Source: Nymphaea colorata (taxonomy: Eukaryota). Taken from it: a DNA stretch of 64,000 nt. How positions within the stretch are numbered: position 1 is the stretch's first letter; each line of letters starts with the position of its first letter. Of this stretch, positions 40,201 through 53,869 are shown one piece after another. The notes beneath the pieces were generated by a model. The model saw only the letters and a program-made list of their open reading frames with translations, was not told the DNA's origin and did no database searches. Location of the stretch: positions 28,272,001 to 28,336,000 of the forward strand of contig NC_045138.2 of the NCBI RefSeq assembly GCF_008831285.2, in the 5' to 3' direction. The position numbers and the translations under genes are program-made.

Positions 40201-42516
40201 CTGGTTTGTGCTTTCCTTTTCTTCTCCAGTATTTTTCAGTTTTAAAATCGATGTTCAAGATGTTCTTTTGAAATATGTCCTCTCCACCGTGGAAGCTTAA
40301 TCCTGTTACTGTACTAACTCTCTAATGTTGATGTTTCAGGCATTTTCCATTGTTCCACAGATGAGGTCATATTTCCTAGGAGTATCACTGGTTTTCATGC
40401 TTTTGTATGTATGGAGTAGAGAATATCCAAATGCTCAAATTAATATATATGGCCTTGTTACACTAAAGGTACTTGAATAGCTAGTTCTTTAGATTTTAGA
40501 CTGTTACAATACATGATTTGGCCATGATGTGCACCTGTTAGCTAATTTTGAGAACCTATCAACTTCCATTTGCTTGTGAATTTTTTTTCCAGGAAAATGT
40601 TTCTGTTACAAAATGTGATCATGAATGCAGGCTTTTTATCTGCCCTGGACAATGCTGGCATTGGATGTCATCTTTGGATCTCCTTTGCTTCCAGATCTGT
40701 TGGGGATTGTTGCAGGTCATCTTTATTACTTCTTAACTGTGCTCCATCCATTGGCTGGAGGGAGGAACATAATGAAGACTCCAGTTTGGGTGTATCCTTG
40801 CTCCATGCTGTTAGAATATCACATGACATCTGAAGTTATAATTGTGTCTATTGTCCACAACAATTTTGCTTTAAAGCCAGAAGTAATTTACTAGATACAG
40901 GAATGTATTCTGAAGCCTGAACATGGAACCACCCAAACATCTACCTGGTGAGAAAAAGGTCTACTAATTCTAGGTCAACACTTTTTGTCATAAGAAAACA
41001 GATGCAAACCAATGAGTGGACACAAGTAAACCACCAGCATTGTAGACATTTACAGAACCTATATGAACTTCCCAGCACCAGAATCAGGTTTCATGTCGAG
41101 GTGCCTTTTGGGTTTAGGGTTTAGGGTTGTAATAGATTTTTTTTTAAAAAAAAAAAAAAAAAAAACTTGTAATAGGTTTTTTTTTTTTAAACTTGTAACT
41201 TAGGTTTACAGTGAGGTAAATGACATGACTAAAACTGCCTAAACTTGCATGTCAGGTCTTGCAAGAAACCGTCTACAAAGTTTTCAACCATCAGCACCAA
41301 GCTTATGATCCACTCAAATTTAAAACGTAAACAGCAATAGGGATATATTTTTAAGAGGTATAGTACAAAATACAAATACATAAAAGACATAAAACGGGGA
41401 TATGCTTTGATGCAGAATTATGACAAAACCTATGCTGAGTTCACATAGAGATAATTGTACACGTTTAGGTGAGGGTGCACATAGAGCATGTTACACCTTA
41501 TTGTTGCTGTCACAGTTCTTAGTTCTTTCACACCTACCTGTGTATTGAAGGCAACTTCTTTGGTGTTCCCTTCCATCGGTTAGCCACTTTTCATAATCAA
41601 AAACAAGAAAGGGCAGTGTATCAGGGATGCAGAAAGCAGTATGTATGTTACATGCTAGGAGCACATGTGGATCATCTTCGTCCTTACTGGAGAATATCTT
41701 GAAATCTTTTGTTCATTGCAATCAAGCTTCCCACACCTGCATTTGTGTGGAGTAACTACTAGTCTTATCCTAGGGGCAATTCAAAATATGTGGAATGCAT
41801 GCTTAATTAGTGTTTCTGATGCTCTAGTGCATGTCATGGGATTCATGGATTATATGCTGCTCGAAGGCTAATAAAAGGTGTGTAGGATAATGTCTGTAGG
41901 ATAATGTGTGGAACACCTTAGACAATGCTACTTGTTGAGCCTCACTTTAGACGTTGGAATTCTCTTTGAGCCTTAATGGAAGATCACCTTCATTCAGGCA
42001 AACCTGTTTGGGTTTGAACAAAGTTCAGCCTTGTATTGGCCTAATTGGTTTGCCAGAGTCAGGTATTCATGGCATAGGTCACTTCGTGCACATCAACATG
42101 GTTCCAGTTCAGGCAAGCCATGGAATTTCTCTCTCCCACACCTGCACTGATATGTCATGGGTTTTCATTTTGCAATGTTTGCTTCTACATGTTTCTGTTT
42201 CCCCCATTTGCTGGATGAAAGTGGAGAGATTGCGAACAGTGATTTGTTTGCCTTTTCTTTGTTTGCTTCCACTGGACAAAATGATTCTCTATAGAATGAG
42301 GACCACGTTTTCACTTTCTTGGTTATTTTTTCTATCCCTTTGCAAGCAACTTTGGAAATTTAGTTCTATGTTACTGTTTTCTCTTGATGAAACCTTTCTA
42401 GACATAAGCTAGTCGCTCGGTGGGGCATTGGGGTCCAGGCAGCTTCCCCAGTTCAACCCAGTCAGTCTTCTGGCACTACAGCATTCAGAGGAAGAAGCTA
42501 TAGGCTTGGCGGATAA
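37247..42516 (+). CDS. DER1: Derlin-1 (ERAD rhomboid-like pseudoprotease, about 241 aa, 7 exons)
   Basis: Exons 37247-37263, 39162-39297, 39903-39976, 40110-40203, 40340-40468, 40631-40791, 42402-42516 (726 nt). MSSPGEYYASLPPVSKAYG, FQIWRLITNFFFLG (WR motif), RYGVQLE, YVWSREYP, YLPW, GIVAGHLYYF, C-terminal SHP-like FRGRSYRLGG. Confidence 0.95.
39366..39717. mobile_element. AT-rich foldback/MITE in Derlin intron 2
   Basis: Imperfect inverted repeat of about 29 bp: gatttagatcattgtcacagaaaacatgt versus acacgtttcttgtgacaatgatttagatc. Similar in texture to about 17420-17800. Confidence 0.6.
41106..41128 (+). repeat. Short interstitial telomeric repeat in Derlin intron 6
   Basis: ttttggg tttaggg tttaggg tt read directly. 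Confidence 0.75.
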
Positions 42517-43737
42517 CCAAAAAGAGCTTCCAATAATTCATTCACTTCATTGTAGAAGGTAGCTATTTGGAAACAACTGATTATTTTACTGGCAGCCAGC
42601 GGATTCATGGGGGAGGAGGATCATTGCCAGTTCAGAGCAAAGACACTTACCGTGTATAACATGAATTTTCTTGCACGTGACATTTTTTTGCCTTCATGAA
42701 ATATTGTGTTTCTCATTGTTAGAAAATGCTGTCATGCTGAAGAAAGCTTTGATGTATCAATATAGAACGCTCTTAACAATTGCATCAGGAAAATGGTTTA
42801 GGAGTTGCAGTTTTCTATTTGGCATATTTTTCACATTATACTGATACGCTCTTGGCATTATGTCATCTAGCATCTTAAATCTTGCCATTTGTTGTGCGAT
42901 GAGCAGACCATCATTGTCGCGCCATTTTGACTCATGCCCAACATCGTTGTGTTAGTCCAGGATGTCGATGCCAGCATTATCGTCTTCTATAACCAACTCT
43001 AAATAAACCTTGAAACCATTTTTTTTTTCGATATGGTTGAAATCAATGTTCCCGGCACATATTCAACTTTTGACTTTACGACGTTGAGGTACTCTTTAAC
43101 TACAACGGAGCGAATGACATTCCAAACAAAATCACCCTGAAGTCATCTGAATCGGTTGAATCAACCATGGAATATTATGCTGCTTAACAGTGAAGTCTTT
43201 TACAGTCACTTGCACACCTTGACAAGGATAACAAAGAGCGTTCTGATGCCTTTTTAATCAAGTGCCTGTTCGATCATTATAATAGTTTCTCAATATCTGG
43301 TTGCTTGAAGTTATGTTCGGTTATCATGAAGCCACCAAACTTAAGTAATTCTAGATTACAAAATGATCTCCGCAGGTGAGGGGTTGGATGTCGACAATTT
43401 TTTATCCAAGAACCATCTGCGCAATGTAACAATTCCAGTAGGTTTGAACGTTGTAACGGAATTGTCCTGTAAAAGCCGACTTCATTTCAACACTTAAAGA
43501 GCGCGATGAGTTAGACAAGTATCACAAACTTGCTGCCCCACAAACCTGCCTAAGACATACCTTCAACTCTTTCAAGTTGGATGTCCAATCTTATTAGACG
43601 TACTTTGACGAGTTAGCAAAACTTGATCCCTAAAACACTCTCCCCCTCACCTCCCTGAAACATGTGCACAAGCTTATCCAATACAGATTGAAGTTTGTTG
43701 CTTCCAAGATTCGTCATATATATATATAGCGAGAGAG

Positions 43738-43769
<32 letters not shown>

Positions 43770-44372
43770 TTGTGCATAAAGACTAACCAACCTTGAGTCG
43801 GACAATTATGAGGCTCTGTTGACTCTCGAAATAAACAAGATATGGTGATTAAATTCCAAATTAAGTAAAATATGTACAAAGCCCTTTTTTTATTCGTTAA
43901 GAGAAAAAAAAATCAAAGAAGACGACTTAACCTGTAATACCGCAATAATCTTAACCCGCTAAGCACAACAAGGAACATGAAAGATTTCATTAGCACAGGC
44001 AACTACTTAGCCTGACCCCAGTAATTTAGCTTTCCAAGGAATTGACACAACAGAAAAAGGAAAAAACAAACATCGGCCAAACCAGCCTGCGCGAACCATG
44101 AATAATGAAAAGCTTCTAAAACATTTTCCGCAAAACAATATCGAGTTTCACAAACAAGATAACCTGCAGAGAGCATGTAGCAGGACCCAGATCATACCAC
44201 CCTTCACACTATGAAATATAAGTAAAGAAAAATAATCATGTCCCCCCACAACTCTATAAGCCCACGATAATTATTCATTGGAAACTAACTCCACTGTTGG
44301 GAAGATGCAAACTTGTTGTACAAGAAAAGATCACCACCCCGAGAGAAGAAAGTTCACACCCAATAAAAATTG

Positions 44373-47300
44373 CTACAGACCCTGATCGATGAGGTAGTCA
44401 CCAAGCCTCTCAACGATCATGTTGCACTGTCCAGGGGTCATCGGTTCATCGTAGATCCCAATTATCAAAGCCTGGTTCGTTTTCTTCACAGTAACTCCAC
44501 CAGAACCCTGTAATCAGGAAAATAGCGAGAAATAAATTAGGAAGAGAAAACAAAACCATGAACTAAGTACACAAAGAAACACATACGAAGACAGTAAGCA
44601 TTTGCCAATTGTAATACTTTGGTTCAAAGGAAAAGATAGCAAGTACATAAAGTTACAAACTGAAGTATCACTAAAACAAGCAAAAAGGTCAGAAGACTCG
44701 AAACCCTTCAATTGCCTAAGCAACCTTTTAAGTTGAGAAGAGCTTCCCAATCTCCCACGTCCTGCTTCCAATCTCCAATTGTTTCATAAGGAAATGTAAC
44801 AGTAACTCAAATTCTCAAATTTCCTGTACTGTGTGGTTAACAGTTTCATGTTTACCAAACCATGCAAACATGCGGCCAGCAAGAAGGGGGGATGTTCTGC
44901 AAACAAAAAATTATCTTTTTTATTTGCTTATCAGATATTGGAAGCAGAAACCCTTCTCTTCAGTTTTATTCTACATTGGCTGCTATATCGCATACAGGAA
45001 GCCAGATCTCCACCACCATTTATGGTGGATTGCAACGGAAACCATTAACCTGAGTGGCTAATGTGTTACCATGCTTTGGCATTTTTGAGACATTTATACA
45101 CCAGCATGCAGAAAGTTGGTTGAAACTACCCAGCTGTCCTGATATGAAAAAGATGCCTTCCACAGGTGCCAATGAACTGTGATTCATACAGCTCAGAGTC
45201 CACTACACAGCTAAGTTTCCTACAAGGCTGCCTCACAATACAGATAGAAGGCCAAGACCCTATACTAGTTCTCGGAAGGCCCACGAGATGGAACATAAAC
45301 TTGGACCTCTAAGCTTGGACGGGGAAAGAAGGACCTGAAATTGCCCAAATGGTTAAAGACAATTTAAGCGAAGAATCTTGATATGGTTAAAGCATAAAAT
45401 AAATCAAGACTTAACCACAGACACTAGGTTACTGATGTCGGGACACTGAAGACTGATACCCAATTTCTTAATAATAGGATATACAAGGCCATGGATCACA
45501 CGAATACAGGAAAAATATAGAAAATTATGTGCGAAAATAGGTCTTTGTATATGATGTCTGAGGGGAAAAAAAAAGTGTTCACCTTCAAAATAAGATTGGA
45601 CCAATGATCAATATCTGTATGGTCCTGCCTTTAGGGTCGATAAAAGCAGTGCAACTTACTTTACCAAGTTCTGACAAACAATGCTCAATTGTGACACAAC
45701 TAAAATATACATACATAAATCTTCTTAAAGATCTGTGTGACAAAAATCGGGGAAGCTGAGTTGCTGAAAGATTCTGTATTAACAGTGATGGTGAAACTCA
45801 AAATGTCAATGTAATTCCCACTTGTATAACATACACATGGTGCAGAAAAATATTGTAAACATCAGATAGGAATTGAATTCATCCAAGCTGCAGACAGGAG
45901 AAAGATCCACTGATTCAGCTGAATCAGCAAAACTCTTTACAAAATTTAGTTTCTGAAAAAAATAAAGGGAAATTATATAAAAAATAATTAAAAATAAGAA
46001 AATCCTTAAAATATTAAAAAATAAAATTTAAACATTGTTACATGGCACTCTTGAGTCGACCACCTATTCAATTCAAATAGAGAGATTTAAGCCAATCCGT
46101 ATAACATTGGTGCAACATGAAGAGAAATTATCTAAATCTTCATTTGAAGGAGGAGGATCCAAACAACTCGTACATTTTTAAATATATTAATTTGTTTCTT
46201 CAGTTCATCCATATAATAAGCAAGACTTGATGCCTGCGTGAATAAGAATGGACACTTGATCAATGTAAGCAGTTTTACCATTTCAAGAAACAGGAATTCT
46301 AGATTTCTACTTATATGTAAAAAATCACACTATTGATTCATTATTCATGCAAAGTATTGGGTAAGTCATGTTCATATTCACAGACACGTTGTCAGGAAAA
46401 ATGATCATTCATTCACTGATCAGAAAAGGCTTCCTAATGTCGTTTAATTGATATTTTTAATGGTCGTGGCCATCAATGATGATTCAAGTGTTCTCTCTTA
46501 TGTGGTTGCTCTTATATATAGTGCCTCTAGGTAAAAAATATGAGGCTAAGATACTCTTATTGGTATGACTCGAACAACAAGATTCAACGTCAGGTCTCAT
46601 GGGCTGCCGTAAGCTGCTCAGATCAGCAGAATTCATTGGAAGAGGGAAAAGAACAGGCCGCTGCCACAAACAACAGAGCTGCAAAGATCCCACTCCGAAG
46701 CAATTAATTGCCACAAATGAAGAATCAGAAATATAACGTGATTTTTATAAATAGAAATCTAAGATTGTAAAGAAGAATTATGTGAACCCAGCAACAAAGA
46801 AAAAAAAAAGCTTTTCACAACCAACAAACCGCTAAAGAAACTCGGAACACATAGAACCATCCATCATCGACTTCAAAAGTAACCTAATCAAGCAATATTC
46901 CATAAAGCGTACTGAAGATATAAATTTGAATCCGAGATTGATCACCTTCTTCCCTCTGATGACGGCTCCAGGCTCGCCTTGGATCACCATGTATTTGGTA
47001 GATCCAAGGTACAGTCCAGTTGGTGCAAGAGTCCCAGGCTCTGCGAAATCATTCATAATACCAGCAATCTCTTCCGGCTTAAACTATCCAGAGACACCAA
47101 AACGACCAACATCGTCAGATATGCGGACTTTACTCACATAAGAGAAAAACCAACCAATCAGAATCAAATAACAGCAAAATCAGAAATCAGTAAGAAGGGA
47201 AAATGTTGATGAAAAACTCTTCAAAGAAATGCAGATATTTATTTAGCAATATGTACAAAATCTCACATACCGAAACTCATAAAAAAATGAAAGCAACTCT

Positions 47301-47709
47301 TATCAATATCAACAAATGGGAGATCGATCAATCTGAAAGGAACCTATGGAAGAGAAGATCGTCCATTTACACCCCAATATATAGAAATCCAAAGTCTACC
47401 AAGTTCAGACACCCAGATCGTCAAGAGAAAAAACAAGTTCCGCCAAAATCGAACATCAGAGAACAATCAATCTGATAGGAAAATGACCGACGAAGAGACA
47501 AGGTCCGATTCACTACCACCGATCAGTATCTGGCCCCTCTTCCCAAAAAAAGAAAAAAAATCCTCCTAAACACTAGCTGATAAGTAAATCGATTACCACT
47601 ACCCACAAACTACAACATAGAAAAAATCTACGAACGAGAAGCCAGTGGCGGAAACCGCGATTCTCTAGATAGTTTCTGAAAAACAAAAATGTTCAGCAAT
47701 GAACCGAGC

Positions 47710-47746
<37 letters not shown>

Positions 47747-47865
47747 GGGAAGGCGTCGCTCTGAGCCCAGACGCTGCCATCTTGGCCGATGATCGCGGCG
47801 GCGGTGAGGTGGTTGCCGTCAATATCGCACATCAGGTGCTCATCGACGTACGCTTGCCACGACAT
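44373..47865 (-). CDS. PRF: Profilin (131 aa, 3 exons)
   Basis: Exons 47865-47743 (123 nt), 47083-46946 (138 nt), 44507-44373 (135 nt). [14 protein letters not shown]...[31 protein letters not shown]...[20 protein letters not shown]. Confidence 0.97.
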
Positions 47866-50793
47866 CGTTGCCTCCGCTTCCTTCTCCCCTCTCGGCTGCC
47901 TTTTCTCTCGCTTCGCTGCTCCGTAGAACCACGCAGAGTCGGTCGCCCTGAAATCGTGAGGGGATGAACGCGAGGACATCCGCCTATTTAACCCCATTGA
48001 ATCATTGCTCAAGTCCGGCATTGATTTTTTTTGGCTCCCCACTCTCTCTTCTCTCCCTCTCTGTCACAGGGACACGGTAAAAGGACACCACTCCTTTATT
48101 TCCCTTTTTCATCTCAAGCACCATTTGCAACTCTGACATTTCATTGAAAATCAACTGACAAACCATTTACATTCATTTGCAAATCAATTGAAGATTTTTG
48201 AAAATTTTTATAGTTGATATTGATCTCACACGCAAAAAGATGCACATGCCTTAAAAGAAAAAGAAGCCTATTGTAGTCCTCTATTGCATGCGCCTTAGCG
48301 AGGGGTATTGTAACCTTCTAGTATAATTATAAGAAAGATTAGTCCTGCATCGAAGATTGTTGAAAATTAAAGGTTTATAAGCACAACAACTAATTATTTG
48401 ACTCGATTTCTTATTAACCTTTTAAAGATTTTCAAGAATAGTGAATATGTGAATAAATTTTCAATAATAATGTAGTGCTGCAATTGACTCCCTTGAAGCA
48501 CATGTATGTCAACCTTTAAATTCATGTATATGTATTGGGTTCCTGGTCCTAGAGTATTGAATATGGCTCTAATGTCAAATTTAACAACCCAATCACTTCT
48601 TAGATCCAGTTCGGATTCCAGACAGCCACTCAGCAATTTTAATTTCTGTTCGAAAAATACTAAAAACCGCCACAACGATTTAGCCAGCCTCTTACAAATC
48701 CTCTAACTAAATATTTACTGGCTTCAACAATTTTATCCCAGATATTTTTACCTCTGGGGTTAAAGCTGCAGTAGACGAGTAGATGAATAAATACAAAGAG
48801 CTCTACTGGCCGAAGGACGTTCATATGTCATCACTCATCAGCCTCGTAGACTGTGTCTCATCAGATAATAAGAGGAATAACAATTGAGTTGGTCTCCAAA
48901 AACCCACTTGGCCAAAAGACGTATGGGCTCATGCTTCTCATGAAATTGCATGTCGTTCTTTCCTTGTTTTTTCCTTTGAACTTTTATTCTTTTCGATGAA
49001 ACGATTGCTCAGCAACTCTTGCTCGTTCATTGCTCTGGTTCAAATGATCCACAAGGTGAACACGAGATGGTTCATCTGCTGGTCTAGTCTGATCTTTGGA
49101 ACATGAAAACGAACAGAATTAGACTCGGGGCATATGCGAGCTAGAAAAGAAAATCGATCAAGATATGCGTATCTAATTCTCTTCCTCAACTTTCCTGACT
49201 ATTATTTCCTTCATAATGTCAATCAAGATCATGGCTCATCCGTCATCCCCTCTATAAAGTGAAAAGAATATATTCTTGTTTGGTAAGAGTGGCTGCCCTT
49301 TTCGAACGCCGGCCCCAAGCCTTATATATATTATATATATAATGCGAAGCAGGTTTAGGATGATCAAAAGTTATGCCAATCTAATAAGAGAGAGGATAAG
49401 GGAAGCGAGAATTTAACATATCGAGCTTTTCATGTTGTTGGTAGTCAAGATTTTGAAATCTGGAACTTGCTTGGTGAGAACCACCAAATCTATTTTTCAG
49501 CGTTTGATCTCTTGAAAAAGCAAGAATTGGGTTCCCAGCACTTACTCATTATAAGTGGAAATCTGAACTTGTAATATGAGTCCCTGAACGATCCTTTCTT
49601 ATTTTTCTTTTTTTTTTTTTAATTCATTCTCAACCTATTCCACCATTACCGGCAGCCTGCCGGAACTCTGCTGCAGAAAGGGGAGCCCCGGCAGCTCCCC
49701 CGTACCATCACCGGCAGGCCTGCCGGGGTCGGAAGAAGGGGAGAGGGAGGATCTAGACCGTCTAATCTACATCCCCTGGTGTGCACTAAATGTAAAGTCA
49801 TCATACAATTTTTCATTTTGATCCGTTTATATTTTAAAAATACAAGAAAATAATATTCCAAATATATTTTTGTTCTTCAGAGTTGACTTATAATTCAGTG
49901 GTGAGTGGGAGCCCACGAGTTTGGTGTGTGCCAACTAAGGATACAAATGAATACGATCTGGTTTGTGGGTTTTGCCCTGTTAAATTGCATTAAGTTGAAA
50001 TCTGACCGCATATGTAATATATTTAACTGTTTGGCTTCTGGCTTACGGGTCAACTATGACTAACAGGGGACATTTGGTTAACCGATCCTAAGTGGGCCTT
50101 AGTTCTGGCTTGAGATCTTTAGTTATTAGACTCTAAATTCCTCTGCAGAACTTTTCTCATGTCTGCAAATATATGCTTCAACAGATCTACATATTCAAAA
50201 CCAGGAACACAAACACATTCTATGAGGCAATACTTTTGGAGCATGTTTGTAGAAGATATATTTCAGACACTACGTTTTTTGTTTGAAGAAACATTATGTG
50301 TTCATAATTCTTAAATTGGTAATTAAATGTTAAACATACTAAATCAACAAGATGGAGTTCTCATAGTAGAATCTTTTTCTTATATGCTTAAAAGATGCAT
50401 GTTTTTATAGTCTGAAACAGCTTATATATTTATTCCTTTTGACAAATTAAAAGGAACGGAGATTGTATGGACGTGATTAATCCTTATATTTTTCCACCTG
50501 ATTTGAGAAAAGTGTTTTCCTTCTTTCGAATCGTTTGTTCGAAATGGAGGCGGCAAATCATGGGAATAATGCTGTTCTACTTGCAATGTTTTACGATAAA
50601 TTGAGAAAGAATGGTTGACATTAATGACGGAACGTGTAAAAAAAAAGACAAAATTCACATCACTGATTGAGCCAATTAAATTTTAAAGGTCAATTGACAA
50701 ATGAAACACTTTGTACCTGTTTCATGAATAGATAAATTTATAAAACACCTACAGAGTGTTCTTCTCCACTTGTTTTTTTCTCTCCTCAAATAC

Positions 50794-50919
50794 TGTAGGA
50801 GTGTGATGAAAAATCCCTACGTTTTTCATGCATTTTAGAGACCGTTGTGTTTGATTTGTAGGAGTGAGATGAAAAGTCCCTACGTTTTTCATGCGTTTTA
50901 CAGACCGTCGTGTTTGATT
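50794..50919. repeat. Tandem duplication, 63-bp unit x2, diverged
   Basis: tgtaggagtg.gatgaaaa.tccctacgtttttcatgc.tttta.agaccgt.gtgtttgatt at 50794 and 50857. Confidence 0.85.
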
Positions 50920-51557
50920 GGAGAGTGTACGGTAGCCTCAAACATTTTCTCCACCATTCTCACATGCAGCCTTAAGGCGAGTATCGCAACCAGGCTGCAA
51001 GGATTAACAAAATGGGGACCAAGAGTAACACATGATAATCTTCTCGGTTTACTCCTTCTCCACAACTCCTCACATCACTGCCCTTTTGACATCAACTACT
51101 TTCTTTTCTTCATTTCATCTAAGACTGGCAAGAACAAGAACTTGGAAAATTTTTCCTCTCAGCGCTTTTATCCTGTCTGAAATGACAGATAAAAAAGCTC
51201 AACTTTTCTTTCAATTTCAATTTATCCTACAAAGGATGAGTGTATCTTTCCCTTCCAAACATGCCCTGAAAGCACAGGAACCTCTGGAAACTAATAAAGT
51301 GCGGAAGCAGAAACAATTGTAACAAGGAAAGCTTAACTTGTCTCTCATTCTGGATTCCAGAACAGTACAAAAAACATACATGCTTCAGAAACATAAAAGG
51401 AACCACATATGCTTTTGTTCACATAAGGTTTGTTTGAAAACCTTATAGTTATTCTAAAGCAATCTCTCCATTGGCATTGTTCTTAATGACCAACGAAACA
51501 TATATATGCAGATGATCACATTCATCAGAAGCAAAAAAATCTAAAACGATATTAGAT

Positions 51558-53480
51558 CTAGAGACCCTGGTCATAAAGGTAATCACCAAGCCCCTCTACA
51601 ACTTTGTTACACTGTCCTGGGGCCATTGGCTCATCGTATATTCCAATGACTAAGGCTTGGTTGGTTTTCTTAATTGTAATTCCGCCAGATCCCTGCATCC
51701 AAGCAACAATGACATGAATTACAGATGGATTTTTTTTCTTGGCAATAAACATGAAAAAATTGAGCAAAAAAAGAATGCTAAAGTGCCATACCATGAAGAG
51801 AATCGACTAGAAATCAGATAATTGCAGAAATATAGTAATGCCTTCTCTCATTATGGAAATTCTAAAGATTCCGGGTTCTGTAGATGCATGGCTAAAGACA
51901 GGAAAAAGTATTTGGCACATTAGGTTATTGTTTCATAAGCTTAGAATGTTTCTGATAAGTTGATAATCTTTCATCTTTATCTGCAGTAATAATTTTCGAT
52001 TCCCTAATGTTTAATCTCCTGTCAGTTTTGGCATTTGGGGATACCATCTCGTTCTCCTCTTTACGGAGCTAAAAACCAAAACCTGTTATCTAAACACTTC
52101 TTTGTTGTTCCATTCTTTGATTTTGTTTGTTTTCCTGACCGGAATCCGAGACCATGCCTTGCACATGGTGAACCTATTATAATATAATATCTTAGTCTAT
52201 AGTCTTATTCAAATTATTCTGATTGCTGTATGGATGCACAGTTATGAAGTCTACATGGACTCGCTAAAACAGTCAGCACTTGACCAACATCACATACTCT
52301 TGCTACTACATTCACGCAGGGGCGACATCTATTTATGAGAAGATGGACCAAAAAAATATGCACTCTCAAACAGCAAGAATCATTCTGCGCATTATCACCT
52401 CCTTTCCTTTCCTCCAAAGAAAATGAAAATATTTAGGATACGCTGGATTTATAAAAGGATTAAAAGATTAGGAAACTAAATCAACGTAATGCCAAGAGAA
52501 CATGGACGAAAACTTCCCCAGTGTAGCATTAAAATGATCACAATCATAAATACGATCGAGAACCAATTAAACAGAGCAGAAAGAGAAGCAAAGCGGCAGA
52601 GTCATCACCTTCTTCCCTCGGATGACAACACCAGGTTCTCCCTGGATAACCATATACTTTGCCGATCCAAGAAATAATCCAGTAGGTGCAAGCGATCCAG
52701 GCTCCTCGAAATCGCGCATAATTGCGGTCATCTCTTCGGGCTTAAACTACATAACAAAAAAACAAAAGACCAATACCCGGAGAAAGCTCAAGATCATAAG
52801 TCTCAATACATGATCGAATTAACCAAAAATTTAAGCGAAAATTTTCGAAGAAAAGGATCAGCTAGGAGACCACATGATCAGGCGAACAAACTACTTGAAG
52901 CTGCATAAAATGATAGTAGAGGTGGCCCATGATCATACGTATCCCGACCGATCAAACACCATTGGCAATTATTCCATGCGTTTCTTATACGATTTCCGAA
53001 CTTAGAAGATCGCAAATCAGATGAACTTCACATCAGGGTGATCCCAAACCGCCCAAATGCGTGTACCCATTAAACTAGACGTCAAGCGACCCATGATTTC
53101 ATTAAAATCTCTTACAAAAAATGGAATGCAATTACACCAACGAAGGAACCCATCTCATCTTCTTCAAATTGCTGCGATTCCAATTAAGGAACCTCACCAA
53201 GTCGCAAACGATCTCGCGTGATCAGCTAAATAACATCATGAGCATACACTTAAAAACGATTAGAGATCGAGCGGGAGACCGTAATAGGATCAACAAATCT
53301 GAGAAGCAGGCAAGATTATGGAAATGTGGGCAGAAGGACGGCAGATAGATGGGGAACCTGGGGAAAGCTGTCGCTCCGAGCCCAGACGCTGCCATCCTGG
53401 CCGACGATGGCAGCCGCAGTGAGATGTTGGCCGTCGATGTCGCACATCAGGTGCTCGTCGACGTAGGCTTGCCACGACAT
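51558..53480 (-). CDS. PRF: Profilin, tandem paralog (131 aa, 3 exons)
   Basis: Exons 53480-53358, 52746-52609, 51692-51558 with the same 123/138/135 nt layout. [14 protein letters not shown]...[27 protein letters not shown]...[20 protein letters not shown]. Confidence 0.97.
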
Positions 53481-53869
53481 CTCTGCTCTCTCCCTTATCT
53501 CTGGAAAACTTCGTTCACTCTGTTTCTTCTCTCCCTCCCTCTCTGGTTCTCTCCGAGCTCCTGCAAGTCGGACCCTCCCTATTGATACCGTGCGATCCGA
53601 CCGTTCACTCAATCCGGTTTAAGGAGTGGCCCTCACACCCGCCATTATTTCAGGGCTCCATTCAGAAAGTTTCTTCTTTCAAAGGTTTAAGTTCCAGAAA
53701 TGGCCCTCCAGTTTTCAAGTTAACCCCTCCGAATTGGGCCGGTCTCAGCTATCAGACCCGGACCCGGTTTCACATTCGGCACTGTATTAAGTCCCGTGTC
53801 TCAACTAAAACTTTCAAGTTGGAGGAGGACGAGAGGTTCAAATTTTCACGCCATTTGAGCTTTTGTAAT

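Noticed and set aside
41954..42412. 152-aa ORF or possible cassette exon (about 41998-42112, GC donor) in Derlin intron 6
   Set aside because: Derlin is complete without it, the peptide has no recognisable homology, and there is no transcript evidence.
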